Positions 1-39,888 of a stretch of 47,747 nucleotides of DNA are shown piece by piece. Both the position numbers and the translations under genes were made by a program. Within the stretch, counting starts at the first letter, position 1. Each line of letters opens with the position of its first letter. The notes under the pieces were generated by a model that saw nothing but the letters and a program-made list of their open reading frames with translations, was not told where the DNA came from and did not search any database. The stretch comes from Salpingoeca rosetta. Taxonomy: Eukaryota; Protista; Choanoflagellata. Location: the NCBI GenBank assembly GCA_033442325.1, contig JAWQFM010000007.1, positions 1,236,675 through 1,284,421 of the forward strand. The letters run 5' to 3'.

Positions 1-57
<57 letters not shown>

Positions 58-371
58 CTGTGTTTTCAGGTGTAGGTGGGTGGGCGGTACCTGCTATGAG
101 CACACCCATGTGACTGTGTTGCTGTTTTGTCGCTTGTGGTTCACCCTATCGCCCATCCATTCATTTGCCCTTTGACCACAGCCCCGCAAGCGTCGTCCAG
201 ACGACTTTATCATCTCCAAGCGGCTTGGCCAAGGCTCCTATTCTTCGGTATGCTTCGAATCTCCCTCGTGCGGCCTGTCAAATTGCTTCCACTCCTGTTG
301 CTGTGCTGCGGTGGCAAGCCTCCGTTTATCATCCCTCCACTCTGCTGTTCATTGTGGCCTTTGTTTCGCAG

Positions 372-658
372 GTGTTCCTCTGCACAGAGAAGGAAACAGG
401 CCGCGAGTTTGCGAGTGAGGCCGCTATTATTGTTGTTGGTTGTGCTTGGCGGTGTAATGATGGTATTCTTCTTGTTGCTGTGATAAGCTCTCGCTCTTGT
501 CACTCGCAGACTCACTCGCACACGCACACACGTACGCACGCGCAAACACACGCGTTTCCAGTCAAAATCCTGGACAAGGCACACATTCAGAAGGAGCGCA
601 AGGAGAAATACGTCCTCACCGAACGCGATGTAAGTTGCATGGCATCGGTCACCCAGCC

Positions 659-737
<79 letters not shown>

Positions 738-1566
738 AGTGCGCTTGGTCCATTCTTTGGTCGAAAGCGACTCGGACATGAACTCACAGTCACACCCATA
801 TGTGCGCGCACCCTCGTGATTGGCTTTGCTGTCTTGTCGTGTGCGCTGTGCAGGTGTTCAATGCGCTTCGCAGTCCGTTTATTGTGCAACTGTACTACAC
901 ATTCCAAGACCCAGCACGCCTTTGTAAGTCACAGATCATGAGCATTGCACGTTCAGTTGATGGGAACGCGGGCGCAGGATCCACGTACATCCAGTTCACG
1001 CGCGCGCGCATGTGTGCTCCCTCACTCACCCACACCTTCATTCCTGACTCATTCATTTGCTCGCCCACTCTCTCACTCCCTCACACACGTTCTCGCTCTT
1101 ACTCGCCCACTCTCACTCGCTCACTGGCGTGCCACAGACTTTGTGATTGAGTTTTGCAAGAACGGGGAGCTGCTTGACTGGCTGCAGAAGTTGGGCTCCT
1201 TTGACGAGAAGTGCACGCGCTTTTACGTCGCAGAGATGGTCCTCGCCCTCGAACACATGCACGCACACGACATCATCCACCGGTCCGTCTGTCTGTGTGT
1301 GTGTGTGTGTGTTGAAGAAGGAACAGATGCACGTCGTGTTGACTTCAGTGTGTGCCTTCGTTTTGCGTCTTGACTGTTCACTCACCCATTCCTCTTTCGC
1401 CTCCCCCCTCCCTATCTTTTCTCTTGTGCGCGTGCAGTGATTTGAAGCCTGAGAATGTGCTGCTGGACGAGAACATGCACATCAAGATCACAGACTTTGG
1501 CACTGCAAAGATGCTCAAGAAAGACAGCAACGGTAACGCACCTGCGTCAGCTGTGCGTGCATGTTT

Positions 1567-1658
<92 letters not shown>

Positions 1659-1763
1659 CGNNNNNNNNNNNNNNNNNNNNNNNNNNNNNNNNNNNNNNNN
1701 NNNNNNNNNNNNNNNNNNNNNNNNNNNNNNNNNNNNNNNNNNNNNNNNNNNNNNNNNNNNNNN

Positions 1764-1842
<79 letters not shown>

Positions 1843-2073
1843 CGTGCGTGCCCGTGTGTGTGTGGGTGTGGGTGTGGGTGTGGGTGTGGGTGGGTGGGTG
1901 TGCGCCCTTTCGTGTTTGCGCCTGTTGATGGCATTTGCTCTGCTCGGCAAGCATCTTCGTACGAATGACGCTGCCGCCGTCGTGCTGTTGCCAGGCCGGA
2001 GTGACTCGTTTGTCGGCACGGCGCAGTACGTCAGCCCAGAGCTCCTCAGCGAGAAGTCCGTCGGCAAGAGGTG

Positions 2074-2118
<45 letters not shown>

Positions 2119-3927
2119 CACACACACAAACGCACACGCACACGCATTGCAGCTGCATTTGCAGTTTGCTGGCACACGCGCTTGACTGCGCTGTTCCTGA
2201 TATGCATCTCACCCATGGTTGTTTGATTGGTTTGTTTATTTGACTGTCTATTTGCCTATATGCATCTGTGTGCCTGTCTGTCTGTCTGGTTGTCTGTCTG
2301 TGTGTGTGTGTGTCTGTGTATGTGTGCGCGCGCTCTCTCTTGCACTACAGTTCGGACCTGTGGGGTCTCGGGTGCATCCTCTACCAGCTGCTGGCAGGAA
2401 AGGTGCGGAGACATGCGACTTGTTTCCTTTGACTGTTGCAACCAACCACACACACACACTCACACACTCACTCACTCACTCACTCACTCACACTCACACA
2501 CACTCACTCACTCACACACACACACACTCACTCGCTCAACCCTTGGGACACATGTGCAGGTTCCATTCCGCGCGGGCAACGACTACCAGACGTTCCGCCT
2601 CATTTCGCAGGTGGACTTCTCCTTCCCGCCAGGATTCCCCGAGAAGGGCAAGGTGCGCAACAATGCGCTACTGTCATTGCGTGCTGGCATGGTGACCTGC
2701 TTGCTGTTTTGATGTTGCGTCCACTCGATTGTTTCTGCGTGAGCGCGACCACCTTCCGTTCCTCTCCCCACATTCTCACACCACCGCCGCTTCCACATCC
2801 TCACACCACCGCCGCTTCCACATCCTCACACCACCGTCACCCCCTTCTTCTAGGATCTTGTTGAGAAGCTGCTTGTGCGGGACCCGACGAAGCGGCTCGG
2901 GTGCGAGGAGATGGGCGGATTCGCCGCGCTCAAGGCCCACCCTTTCTTCGAAGGTGATACATTGCTTTCCTGCGAGAGAAGAAAGGGAGGGGGGTTGGAA
3001 GTGCCCCCAAGGCTCTGTGTTTTGGCCGTGTACCTTTCATTTTTTCCCCTTTGGTGCATGTGTTCTGTGCATGCGCACACGCGTTGTGTTCGCCACCCAG
3101 CTGCAGCTTAGTGTTGCTGTCTTCTTGTTCTCTCCATGCACGCGCCGATACCACCACCCACCCTGACGCCCACTCACCACTGCCACCACTCTGGGGCAGG
3201 CATTGACTGGGAGACGCTGGCAACCCAGACGCCACCAAAGCTTGAGGCGTACCTCCCTGCCATGACCCCTGGCGAGAAGGGCATCCACGAGACAGACGTC
3301 AGTGCTCGTGTCGCTGGTGGTTGTCCCCTGTTTGTAGCCTGCTGTTTTATGTTTGCTTTTTTTCTTGCTAAAGTGGTTTACCTCATGCATTTGCACTCAC
3401 CCCTGCCTTGCTCGTATGCCACGCCATATGTATGCCTCGCTCACGTCACACGCCACGTGACGTATTCCTCTTATGCCCTTTCAGCCTGCGGACGACGAGC
3501 TTGCTGAACTGGAGGCTGCCGTGTACCGCCGCCAAATGGGCGAAATTCAGGTGCGGGCCCTTTGCCTGCAGGCACGCACATGCGCCATGCCTTGCGGAGC
3601 ATCTCAGCAACACCCCACAACGCACAACATCCACAGCAACGCCACATCTCCCCGCTCTCTCCTAATCAGCTGCTTTCCCGCTCCACGTCCCCTCCTCCTC
3701 CCTCATCGCGCTCATATCGTGCACGTGTGTGCGCATCGTTGGTTGACTGACAGGTGATGTCGAAGGAGGACAAGCAGCGGCAGGAGCAGCTGGCGCAGCA
3801 GGCCAAGGAGTCGCCGTGGCACAGCTTCCTCAACGAAGGCGAGCTCATCATCAAGACTGGGCTCGTTGACAAGCGACGCGTAAGTGGGTCCCCGCAATGG
3901 CTGTGTGTGTGTGTGTGTGTGTGTGTG

Positions 3928-3958
<31 letters not shown>

Positions 3959-4352
3959 GTGCATGTGTGTGTGTCTGTCTGTGTGTGTGTGTGTGTGTGT
4001 GTGTCTTGGTTTGTTGGGCCTTTTCGCAGACTGTAGCTCTGTGGGTGAAGGAAGGTGCATGGTGCATGGTGCATTTGGCCCGATGAGAAGACCCGCATCC
4101 AACGATTCACTCTCTATCACGCATGCGTGCGTGCGTGCTCCCTGGTGCCCCATTTGCCCCCCCCCCCTTCTCATCCATTTTTGCACCCTTGTCACGCGTG
4201 TGTTCACGAGCAGGGTCTGTTCAGCAAGCGGCGGCAACTGATTCTGACGGACACGCCGCGTCTCATCTACATCGACCCAGAGGCCCTCGAGATCAAGGGC
4301 GAAATCCCATGGTGCGCTCCACCACACGCTCTCAGGGGCCCACATTGTTGTT

Positions 4353-4388
<36 letters not shown>

Positions 4389-4908
4389 GGTGTGTGTGTC
4401 GGTGTGTGTGTGTGTGTTTGTGTGTTTGTGGCTGTGTTGTTTGTGGCTGTGTTTGTGCAAATGACACCTGTGAGCGTGCATGCCTGCATGCACTACGCCC
4501 GTTCGCTGACGTTCTTGCATGTGTATGCGTTTCCCCCCCCCCTTGTCTGCTACAGGAGCAACGAGCTCCAGCCGCAGTTCAAGAACATGCGCACGTTCTT
4601 CGTGCACACGGTATGAACACCTTCATCCTCAACCACGAGGCAACAGTCGTGATGAACACCATCTTTGTTTCACGCGAACACATACTCCCACACTCACTCA
4701 CTCACTCATTCACTCACGCACGCACGCACGCACGCACTCACTCATGCACTCACGCACTCACTCATGCACTCACGCACTCACGCATTCATACACACACAAC
4801 CAACAGCCGAACCGCACGTACTACCTGGAGGATGTGGAGCGAAAGTCCATTGCGTGGGTGGACACCATCAACCACATGCTCAAGCTGCAGAAGGAGCAGA
4901 ACAAGTAA
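372..4908 (+). CDS. PDPK1: 3-phosphoinositide-dependent protein kinase 1 (AGC kinase plus C-terminal PH domain); 5' end lies upstream of the window
   Basis: 15 phase-consistent GT-AG exons: 372-414, 562-629, 854-923, 1138-1282, 1438-1532, 1995-2070, 2351-2402, 2560-2652, 2854-2953, 3200-3297, 3485-3550, 3754-3879, 4214-4311, 4556-4610, 4807-4908 (TAA). Kinase motifs [37 protein letters not shown] and [13 protein letters not shown]1-type PH domain: [19 protein letters not shown]...KGEIPW...FFVHTPNRTYYL. Confidence 0.96.
1661..1762. other. Assembly gap (N run) inside a (GT)n-containing PDK1 intron
   Basis: Run of N flanked by (GT)n. The kinase sequence reads continuously across the intron (KKDSN|GRSDSFVG), so no exon appears to be lost. 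Confidence 0.95.
2768..2838. repeat. Intronic minisatellite, 25-nt unit CCACATCCTCACACCACCGCCGCTT, about 2.8 copies
   Basis: Tandem copies visible just upstream of the acceptor at 2853. Confidence 0.85.
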
Positions 4909-5244
4909 ACCCCAGGCACAGGCTGACACGGGCCCGCGTTCCTGCCCCCCCCCCCATTCAGCATCATTTACATGTATGCGCTTGCCTATTTGTCTTTCCT
5001 TGCTTGGCTGCTCCTGCGTACGCGTGTGTCGCCCCTCCCTTCTTCCCCTTGCTGTGTTGTGCTTCCTGTGCTTGTTTGTATTCGTCTTGTCGCCGTGTTG
5101 TTGGCTTGTCGCTCTTGTTGTTCACGCTTGCTTCACCTCATATATTGTGCTCGTGATGATGACTACTCGTCGTTTACTCTGATTCTAGTGCAACCAACAC
5201 ACTTGCATTGTCATTGTGACACCAACCACATGCATGCATTCATG

Positions 5245-5245
5245 C

Positions 5246-5322
<77 letters not shown>
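5245..5322. repeat. (CAA)n microsatellite between the convergent 3' ends
   Basis: Perfect CAA run, which gives the spurious poly-Q, poly-N and poly-L ORFs. Confidence 0.95.
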
Positions 5323-5436
5323 GGTTATAACATGTGGTTCAAAGCGGCAGAATGCGCATGGCACGACTGCTGACAGAGAGTGCGGCATGATGATTGATAT
5401 GAAACCGCAACGCATGCGCGGAGATGAATGATTACA

Positions 5437-6135
5437 TTACTGGGATGCGTGAGACGTGGCCGCCAACGTCTCCAAGGGAACTGCGGCCACCTTGGCTCGT
5501 TTGAACGGCAGCGTGTCTGGCTGGTGTAAAGAGAGTGAGGTAGAAGCAGATGGGGCTGGTGTGACGGATGAAGCGTGCGTGTCGTAGCCGCCACGGTGGC
5601 TGCTGTGTTGCTTCTTGCTTCCACTGGTGTGGCCACCTGCCGATGGATCGCGGTTCCGTCTGCTTTGCGAGGGGCTGCTGGAATTGCTGGGATCGTTGGC
5701 ACTGTCACTGGTATCCATGTTGTGCGTGCCATGGGAAGCGCTGCGGTCATCATCGCCTCGGGCATCGCCGTCTCTGAAGTCATCCTCACTGGGCAAGTAT
5801 GCGGTGACAAACCCGTGCTGCTTCAGCAGGGACCGGGTCCACTCGTCTGCCTGGTCCATGGCATCGAAGCCCGGCGAGGCAATTCGGACAGCAGTGAAGG
5901 CGCGAGCACGCGCTGGGGCGCTCATGTTTCGCAGGCGGCGCTGGTTCTTTGCGTGTGCCTCTGAGGGCGCGCTGAACGAGAGTGGCTCTGGCGACGATGC
6001 CGTGGACAGGCTGCTTGGTAGCGGGAGGTTGAACGTTCGTGTCTGTTTCGGCGTGAACATGCCGGCCATGACCGCTTGCGCCAGCTCCTCCTCTGACAGC
6101 GAATCCACCAACGCGTGCATCGCATCCACGTCCAT
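5437..6135 (-). CDS. Hypothetical single-exon protein (about 232 aa), Ser-rich and probably disordered at the C-terminus
   Basis: Repeat-free ORF MDVDAMHALVDSLSEEELAQAVMAG...LAATSHASQ with coding-like composition, divergent from the dynein gene. No family recognised. Confidence 0.6.
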   Translation of the reverse strand: MDVDAMHALVDSLSEEELAQAVMAGMFTPKQTRTFNLPLPSSLSTASSPEPLSFSAPSEAHAKNQRRLRNMSAPARARAFTAVRIASPGFDAMDQADEWTRSLLKQHGFVTAYLPSEDDFRDGDARGDDDRSASHGTHNMDTSDSANDPSNSSSPSQSRRNRDPSAGGHTSGSKKQHSSHRGGYDTHASSVTPAPSASTSLSLHQPDTLPFKRAKVAAVPLETLAATSHASQ

Positions 6136-6592
6136 TGTGTGCCTGTCTCGTGTTAGTAGCGACGCTCGCAACTATCGGAGCAAGAATTGACACTGGTCCT
6201 GCTGGTCTGCTCGTCTGCTGGTGTGGTGTGCTGGACTTGACCCGCACCTTTCCTTCCTCCTTTCCTGCTGTGGCAGTGTAGAATTGTGGTGTATGATTCG
6301 CACCAATAATCGCTTGGCAACACAGGCAGGCAGTTGAGAGAACAGCAGCAGTACCGCTGCCAACAAGCAAGCAAGCAAACCAACAACCAACCAACACCAC
6401 ACCAACAACTGCACCCAGCACACAATCAGCTGGCTAGCTAGCGGACTGGCCGACTGGCTGACTGGCTTTTGGGTTGAGGCAGGATAGGCAAAGGAAAGGC
6501 ACAAAACCGAGCTTGCTTTCGTGCCAGATAGCATCCATACAAGCCTTGTGTGGTAAAGGCGGTCGCGCTGGTTGTCGCCGGTCGCCGCCATC
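6136..6592. promoter_or_regulatory. Putative bidirectional promoter with RFX-like half sites
   Basis: 457 bp between divergent ATGs. It contains TGGCAAC (6315-6321) and GGTTGTCGCC (6570-6579). Confidence 0.45.
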
Positions 6593-26067
<19,475 letters not shown>

Positions 26068-27544
26068 ATGCTTGCTGATCCCTGTGTCCATGTGTGTCCA
26101 TGTGTGTGTGTGTGTGTGTGTGTGTCCATGTGTGTGTGTGTGTCTGTCTGTGTCTGTGTCTGTGTGTGTTTCTGCGTGTCTGTGTCTGTGTCTGTGTCTG
26201 TGTGTGTTTCTGCGTGTCTGTCTGTCTGTGTGTCTGCCTGTGTGTCTGTCTGTGTGTGTTGGTGTGCGTTTGCTTCTCACTTCCCGCTTCATTTTGCCTC
26301 TTTTGCTTGTTTTGCTTCTTGGGTCTGTTCTGTTCTTTGACACACGCTGTTATTCATCGTCAAGACGAAGATACCTGTACACATAAAAACCCACATCTGC
26401 AGCGCAGCAGTTACATGGGAATGGCACCAAGCAGCGAGAGTGCAGACAGAGAAGAGAGAGCGCGCGAGTGGCTTGTGTGTGTGTGTGTGTGTGTGTGTGT
26501 CTGTGTGTGTGTGTCTGTGTGTGTGTGTGTGTCTGTGTGTGTGCGTGTCTGTGTGTGTGCGTGTCTGTGTGTTTGTGTGTGTGTGTGTTTCCCTATGATC
26601 CATTCTTGTATAATTTTGTGTGTCGCGGTGTCGCGCAGCAATCGCCCTTTTTTTTTTTTTGTCATTCGAGTTTGGTCAGGGTGTCGAACACGAGGTTTCA
26701 ATGCATGCAGGCAACCGTTTGCGTGTTTGGGGTGAAGCGTTGTGTGGCGTTTTTCCGGTGAGCCGCCCAGCGCGTGTGCACCAGTGTTCGTTGTTGTTGT
26801 TGAAAGCCTCGCTCGCTCTCAAACATCCAACGACAAACAAAGCAGACGCAAGAAGCGCAGCAGCAGCAAAGCAAGCGCAAGAAACCGCTGCCTGTTGTTC
26901 CTCCTCCTCCCCAGCATCAGCACAGTCAACGTCCAAGCACGCCAAGCCAAGCCAGCCAATCAGCCCAAGCCAGATTGAGAGAGTGTGAGTGAGAGAGGCT
27001 TACGGCCCTGCCTGCAAGCAAGTAAGCAAGCAAGAAGAAGAGACACCCTGCAAGCAAGTGAAGCAAACACGCACCCCGTTTGTTTGCGGTTTCATTACAT
27101 CACACAGTTTGTTCGTTCTGATCTGTGAGCGATCCCCTTCCCCTTTGCGCAGCGACCAGACGGAGGTTGGTGTGCATGTGCATGTGTCTGTGTGTGGCGA
27201 CAACGGCGACTTGTCGACTACTGTTGCTTGTTGACTGGTGGTTGCTGTATCACCGGCACTGTTGCCACGTAGCGCCTTGGTCCCTCAATGTTGTTGTCAT
27301 GTGCATTGGCAAGTTTTCTCATTCCTTTGTGCTTCTTGGCGTTCGCGACCTCTGCTGATTCCGCTGCCCTCCCCCCTCCTTTTGGCCCCACATCATCCAT
27401 CACCAGCAGCGTGCGGAGCGACGGCGCAAACTAAAGCAATCACGGAAGGAGAGGAAGAAACAGGTGGAGGAGGCACAACGCATCATCCCCTAGAGGTCGC
27501 AGCAGCAGCGGTACAGCACGCAGACAAAAAAAAACCGCCTGCAG

Positions 27545-27903
27545 GCAAGTGCTCGACGTGTGTGTGTCTGTGTGTCTATGTGTCTGTGTGTCTGTCTGTT
27601 TGTCTGTCTGTCTGTGCGTGTGTGTGTGTGTGTGTGTCTGTGTGTGTGTGTGTGTGTGTCTGCTTGCTTGCCTACTTGCTTGCCTACTTGCTTGCTTGCC
27701 TGCTTGCTTGCCCGAAGTTATCCGTTTGTCTGCCTCCACCTGTCTATGCATGTATCCATCCATCTGTAGATTTGCAACTCGTTGTCAACCATCGCTTTTC
27801 AACTCACACTTGCATGCCTGCAATCTACCTCCTTCATCCCCTTCACTCCCCGCCCTTCCTCACTCACACACTCTCTTTCTTTTCTCTTTCTATCAAACGA
27901 CAG
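27545..27903 (+). other. Probable GC-AG intron in the 5' UTR of the EF-hand gene
   Basis: CAG|GCAAGT is a consensus GC donor. It is followed by the typical intronic (GT)n and ends CAG|ccATG at the start codon. Confidence 0.6.
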
Positions 27904-27905
27904 CC

Positions 27906-35337
<7,432 letters not shown>

Positions 35338-35975
35338 CATCTCCTCCCCCTCTTCCCACTCGGCACCCGCTGTGATGTCCTCCGTGTGCCTTTGTTTTCT
35401 TGTCGTCGTGTTTTTTCCTCTTACCTTGCTTACCTTGCTTGTCTACTTTTACTCTGCCCAGTTTTACTTGATCCCTGTTGTATGCAAGCCCTTCCTCCTC
35501 TTTTCTCCTCCTTTTACCTCTCTCCCCGATTGGCCTATGCTCATCATTGCTTCTTGTGTGCCCACGTGTGTCGTTTCGTGGTGTTGGTGGAATTCCTATC
35601 GTGTTGAGAAGTGTTCAGTTCAGTTTTGGGAGTGCCCAACATGCGAGTTGTAACATAAAAGCTTGAAGACGAAGGCCGCGTGACATAACATAACAAACGT
35701 GCCGATGCACCACTTGTCAATGGGACGATAACGCGAACAATGTGGGCGCAAGCTGCGTGCAGAAGAATGGCAGCCGCCCACGAAAAGTAATGGGCCAGTG
35801 ATTGCTTTCTGGGAACATAACAATGGAAGGTCGACAGGTCAGTGCATAGGATGGTATGCAATCTCACGTCACTGATAAGAGGATAAGGGCAACAGGCACG
35901 CAAACAAACAATCAAAACGCGCAAACGCGCTTGCATACGGGCCAACCAAGCATGGGCTGTGCACGCGTGCGCCTG

Positions 35976-38900
35976 TCAGAGGCGGACTGGAGGAGGTCGT
36001 GGGTTTGTGGCACGGCGAGTATTGTTGGTCGCGGTGTAGGAGAGTGGGTGGCGCTGCGGTGGCAGCCGTGGCATGTGCACAAGAGACGCACGTTTCCCCT
36101 GTGCATCGCCAGGCAGCGGTGGCGGCACAACCTGCGCCTGCATTGTGTAGAGTGGAGCGCGCGTCAGCCGATCCACGTCGCACACGACCACTTGGTCAAT
36201 ATGAACCTGGTTGGAAACACGAGTGACAGGACTGTGCTGTGAGCGAGGTACTGGAATGCATGCACGATGCCAGCTGCAGCATCTTATTCAACAATACAGC
36301 GTGAGTGTACAAGCGCTTGCAGGCGGTGCATGCGATCTGCCACGAAGTAGCCACGAGCAGGAGCTGGCTTTGACCCACAGCACAATCGCACACACATACA
36401 CACACATACACACACACATACACACACGCACACACATACACACACGCACACACGCACACGCACACACACACGCACGCACACGCACGCACACACATACACA
36501 CACGGACATACACACACGCATACACGCATACACGCACGCACGCACGCACGCACGCACACACCGAGGAAGGCGTCTCAGAGGCGGACGTTCTCGTGGAAGA
36601 AGACAGAGACGACGATGCTGGCGACTGGATGGATGAAGATGACGAAGAAGGGGTGGTGGCACTGGAGGCAAAGGAGGAAGATGTGCCTCTTCTCGAGCTC
36701 TGGTCTGTGCTCGAGCTCTTCCAGCAGGAGCAGGTGACGAAATCAAAGCACTGGTTCGTTGCTGCGCTCGAATAAGCCTCGGCTTTTCCCTTCATCGTTG
36801 TGGGCAGCGGCAGCTCCGTTGCTGTGACAACAAGCAGGAAGCAACGCAGCAGAACGAAACGCAGCATGAGAACGCAGCACGCAAATGCGACAGCACCAAT
36901 CATCTCTGGCCTCAAAGGCTTTCAATCACAGCACACGAGTGCGTGTGTATGTTTGTGGCGGTTCCCAAGCAATGCAATCCACGTGCCTGCCCACCTGTTG
37001 GCTGATGCTTGATCGGAGTGTTCCATGAAGGCTAGCGGATTCACATGAGCAATTGTGTGTGTGTGTGTGTACGTGTGTGTGTATGTGTGTGTGTGTACGT
37101 GTGTACGTGTGTGCGTGTGTGTACGTGTGTGTACGTGTGTGTGTGCATACGTGTATGTGTGCGTTTGCATTGAGTGACACAGGAGATGAGGCGCATGAAC
37201 AGAGGACAAAGCATGTCGCCTTTTCACTGGCCAAGCGTGGAACGGTGTCATCAATAACAATACACTGACGCTCGCACCACTTTGCGACCAAGTTGTGCAG
37301 TGATGTTGTGTGACATGACGTGGCTCTTTTCTTTTCACCTGAGAAATGGGTTGCAGCGGCGCACGCTTGTTCTTCTTGTTTGTAGCAACGCGTCTGCTTG
37401 GTGTGAGGACTTCCAGGGCCTGCTCCGGCGTTCCCACCAAGCACTCAAACCGCACAGCTGAGTGCATTCACATCAACACGCAAAGATCATGCAGGATGCG
37501 AACAACAATCGGGCGAACTGTGAGCGAGTCGCAAAGTTGAAACGGCTCTGAAAATGCCAGGCTTGCGGCCAACCCTTCAAACACATCGCAAGATTAGCAG
37601 GCACGTTTCCCACTGACTTACTCGGTGTTGGTGTGCACGGTGGGCGCAGGCGCGAGCCGTTTGCGTGTGCTTGCAGGAACGTCTGCAGAAGCGACCATAT
37701 CAACATCGAGAAAGCCCATTGTAATGCGCGAGGTATGTATTTAGGTCAGCAGCATAACTGAGCAATCGGAGTCAACGATGTGTGTGATGTGACATGACAA
37801 CACAACACAACACAACACAACACCCATTCTGAAAGAGGCACTGCTCATCTCTCTGTGTTGCATACTGTTGAATTCACCACCATCAAAACACACTCCGCAC
37901 CGTGAGTTGATCCCGGGTGAGGAGGATTTGCACGCCATATTCGTCAAGCGTCGGCGGAGGCTGGGCACGCTGCACGAACTTGCACTGCATGGACGGGGAT
38001 CCGGCTGTAATGGCAATGCAAAAAAAAAAAAAAAACCTCGTTGGTTGGTTGGTGTTGGGCACGTTAACACTCCAAGCCTGACGCAGATAGACGACACATC
38101 GCAGCTTTGTTCCTTGCGCTACCGCGCACAACACAACACAGTCCAACCAGCGTGGGGGCGGATGGATGAGGCAACATAAACGTATTCGACTACACTGGCC
38201 GATATCGATATCAACTCCACACCTGTGCCAGGCACGAGGAACGTTGCGTGAATGTCGTCCGTGTTGTCGGGAGGTGTGATCTGCATGCTTTGCATGTATG
38301 CTGCGGCTACCATGTGCGCATCTTGTGTTGCCCATCGCTGCAGCGATACCGAAACATGTGAGGACACGGTGACGGGAACGAAGTGAGTGACAAGAAACCG
38401 CAAGGGCAACAGAGCATAGAACCAAGTGATGGTTGAGCAGGGTAACGAAGCCTGCTCCTGTTCTCTACACCTCAAAGGTAGCTGTTGTGCCAACACCACA
38501 CGCACTTACGCTGGGGAGGTATTTGCGGAGGGCATCCAGAACAACCTCGCGTGTGGCAACCAGGGCGTCGCGGCTAGTCGTTGTCAAGCGAAACACGACC
38601 TCAAGCAATTTCTGCTCACGTAAGGCACCACACGAGAAGCACCGATCCACCAGGACATGCAGCCGTGCAAAGGTCAGTGAACGCGATACAGAGGACGTGA
38701 GGAAGGTGGTATTATCACATGACGGCCAGCACCAAGATCACCTCCAACCAGTCAACCTCATGTCATCGCACGTCACACTCACGCAGTCCTTGGCCGGGTC
38801 CATGCAATACGCGACAATGTGTCCTTCCAGCCGGACGTCCTTCACGGCAATACCGCGCTTCTCGCACAGATCTGCAATTTCCCACGCCAGCGTCAAGGGC

Positions 38901-39355
38901 CTGATACACCATACAAGGCGATGGCAACACGTGGGCAAAGAGACGCGGCCAATCGTGTCCAAGGTGAATGGAGACACGGGAAGATGCACGGATTAAGGCG
39001 CCAATAAGGATGTGTGTGTGTGTGTGTGACTGTGCGGGACTGTGTTGTGGTTGCGTGGAGCTGCCGCCGGTGGTGTCGGTGGTGGTGGTAGAAGTGGTAC
39101 AAGTGGTGGTGTGTGGCTGGTGTTGCGCGTGTGTGCCCATGTTCCTGAGTTTCCGACACGGAACGCTGCCGATAAGGCGAACCTGGCTTCGACGGTCGGC
39201 CAAGACGAGGCGAGGAACGTGCCGCTCCGCAGCTTGATGGGGTTTGCCATGGCTGTTTGCAGGCGAAAGACCTGTGATGGCTCCAGCGTGCCCACATTGC
39301 GCATGCACGACACGGCTTCTGGCGTTGCCGGCAGAACTAGCCTGGGAGAGCTCAT
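35976..39355 (-). CDS. TENT5/FAM46-like nucleotidyltransferase-fold protein, predicted catalytically inactive (about 446 aa, 10 exons)
   Basis: Minus-strand exons 39355-39183, 38900-38783, 38611-38510, 38337-38223, 38004-37901, 37682-37622, 37457-37339, 36994-36937, 36821-36562, 36206-35976; all GT-AG and phase-consistent. Colinear motif matches to FAM46 as recalled: QVFRL~QVQRL, WPTVE~[15 protein letters not shown]~[22 protein letters not shown]~DVVLDCLLDFLP, AYMQSM~AYVQKM, QCKFV~[16 protein letters not shown]~ESVYGDFQEAF. Confidence 0.78.
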
Positions 39356-39426
39356 GACAGAAAGAAACTGAGTGTGTACGTGTGTATGTAAGTGTGTAAG
39401 TGTAAGGTGTGTGTGTGCATGTGTAA

Positions 39427-39459
<33 letters not shown>

Positions 39460-39888
39460 GGAGAGATGCAAGCAAGGGCAGCTTAACAACGGAGAGAAGC
39501 GCACTGTTAAATCAGTAATGTAACATACACAACAGAACAAATGATATGCTCAGATGAAGCAAATAAAAACAGCACGAAGACAACCACCTGATTCATCCAT
39601 CCAAATATCCAACCATCCATCCAACCAGTCAAGCAATCATCCACCCATCCATCCTCATCCACCCTCATCCACACCTCCAACGCACTGGCACCGCTGACTC
39701 ACTTGCTTGGGAACAAGGTCTCTCTTGCTTGGCAGCTTGGTGTGTTGCTTGCTTGAAGGCAACATCGAAATTTTCGAAATGTCCGCGGCGGCGGCGGCGG
39801 TTGTCGCCAGGTGAGATGCGACACCACAAAAATTTCACCCAGCAACGGCAAACGCAAGCACCGCCACCACCACAACAACCCACCAACC
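39356..39888. promoter_or_regulatory. Putative bidirectional promoter between the TENT5-like gene and DRC5
   Basis: 533 bp between divergent ATGs. It contains GGCAAC (39758-39763) and GGTTGTCGCC (39799-39808). Confidence 0.45.

Noticed and set aside
127-2212. Poly-VC, poly-HT and similar ORFs here and throughout the window
   Set aside because: They are translations of intronic microsatellites.
36593-36775. Acidic plus-strand [14 protein letters not shown]...
   Set aside because: It is antisense to the Ser-rich exon of the TENT5-like gene, whose splice sites fit the minus strand.
35700-39350. Possible decayed transposon
   Set aside because: The region resolves into an intact 10-exon gene. 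No TIR, transposase or RT motifs.
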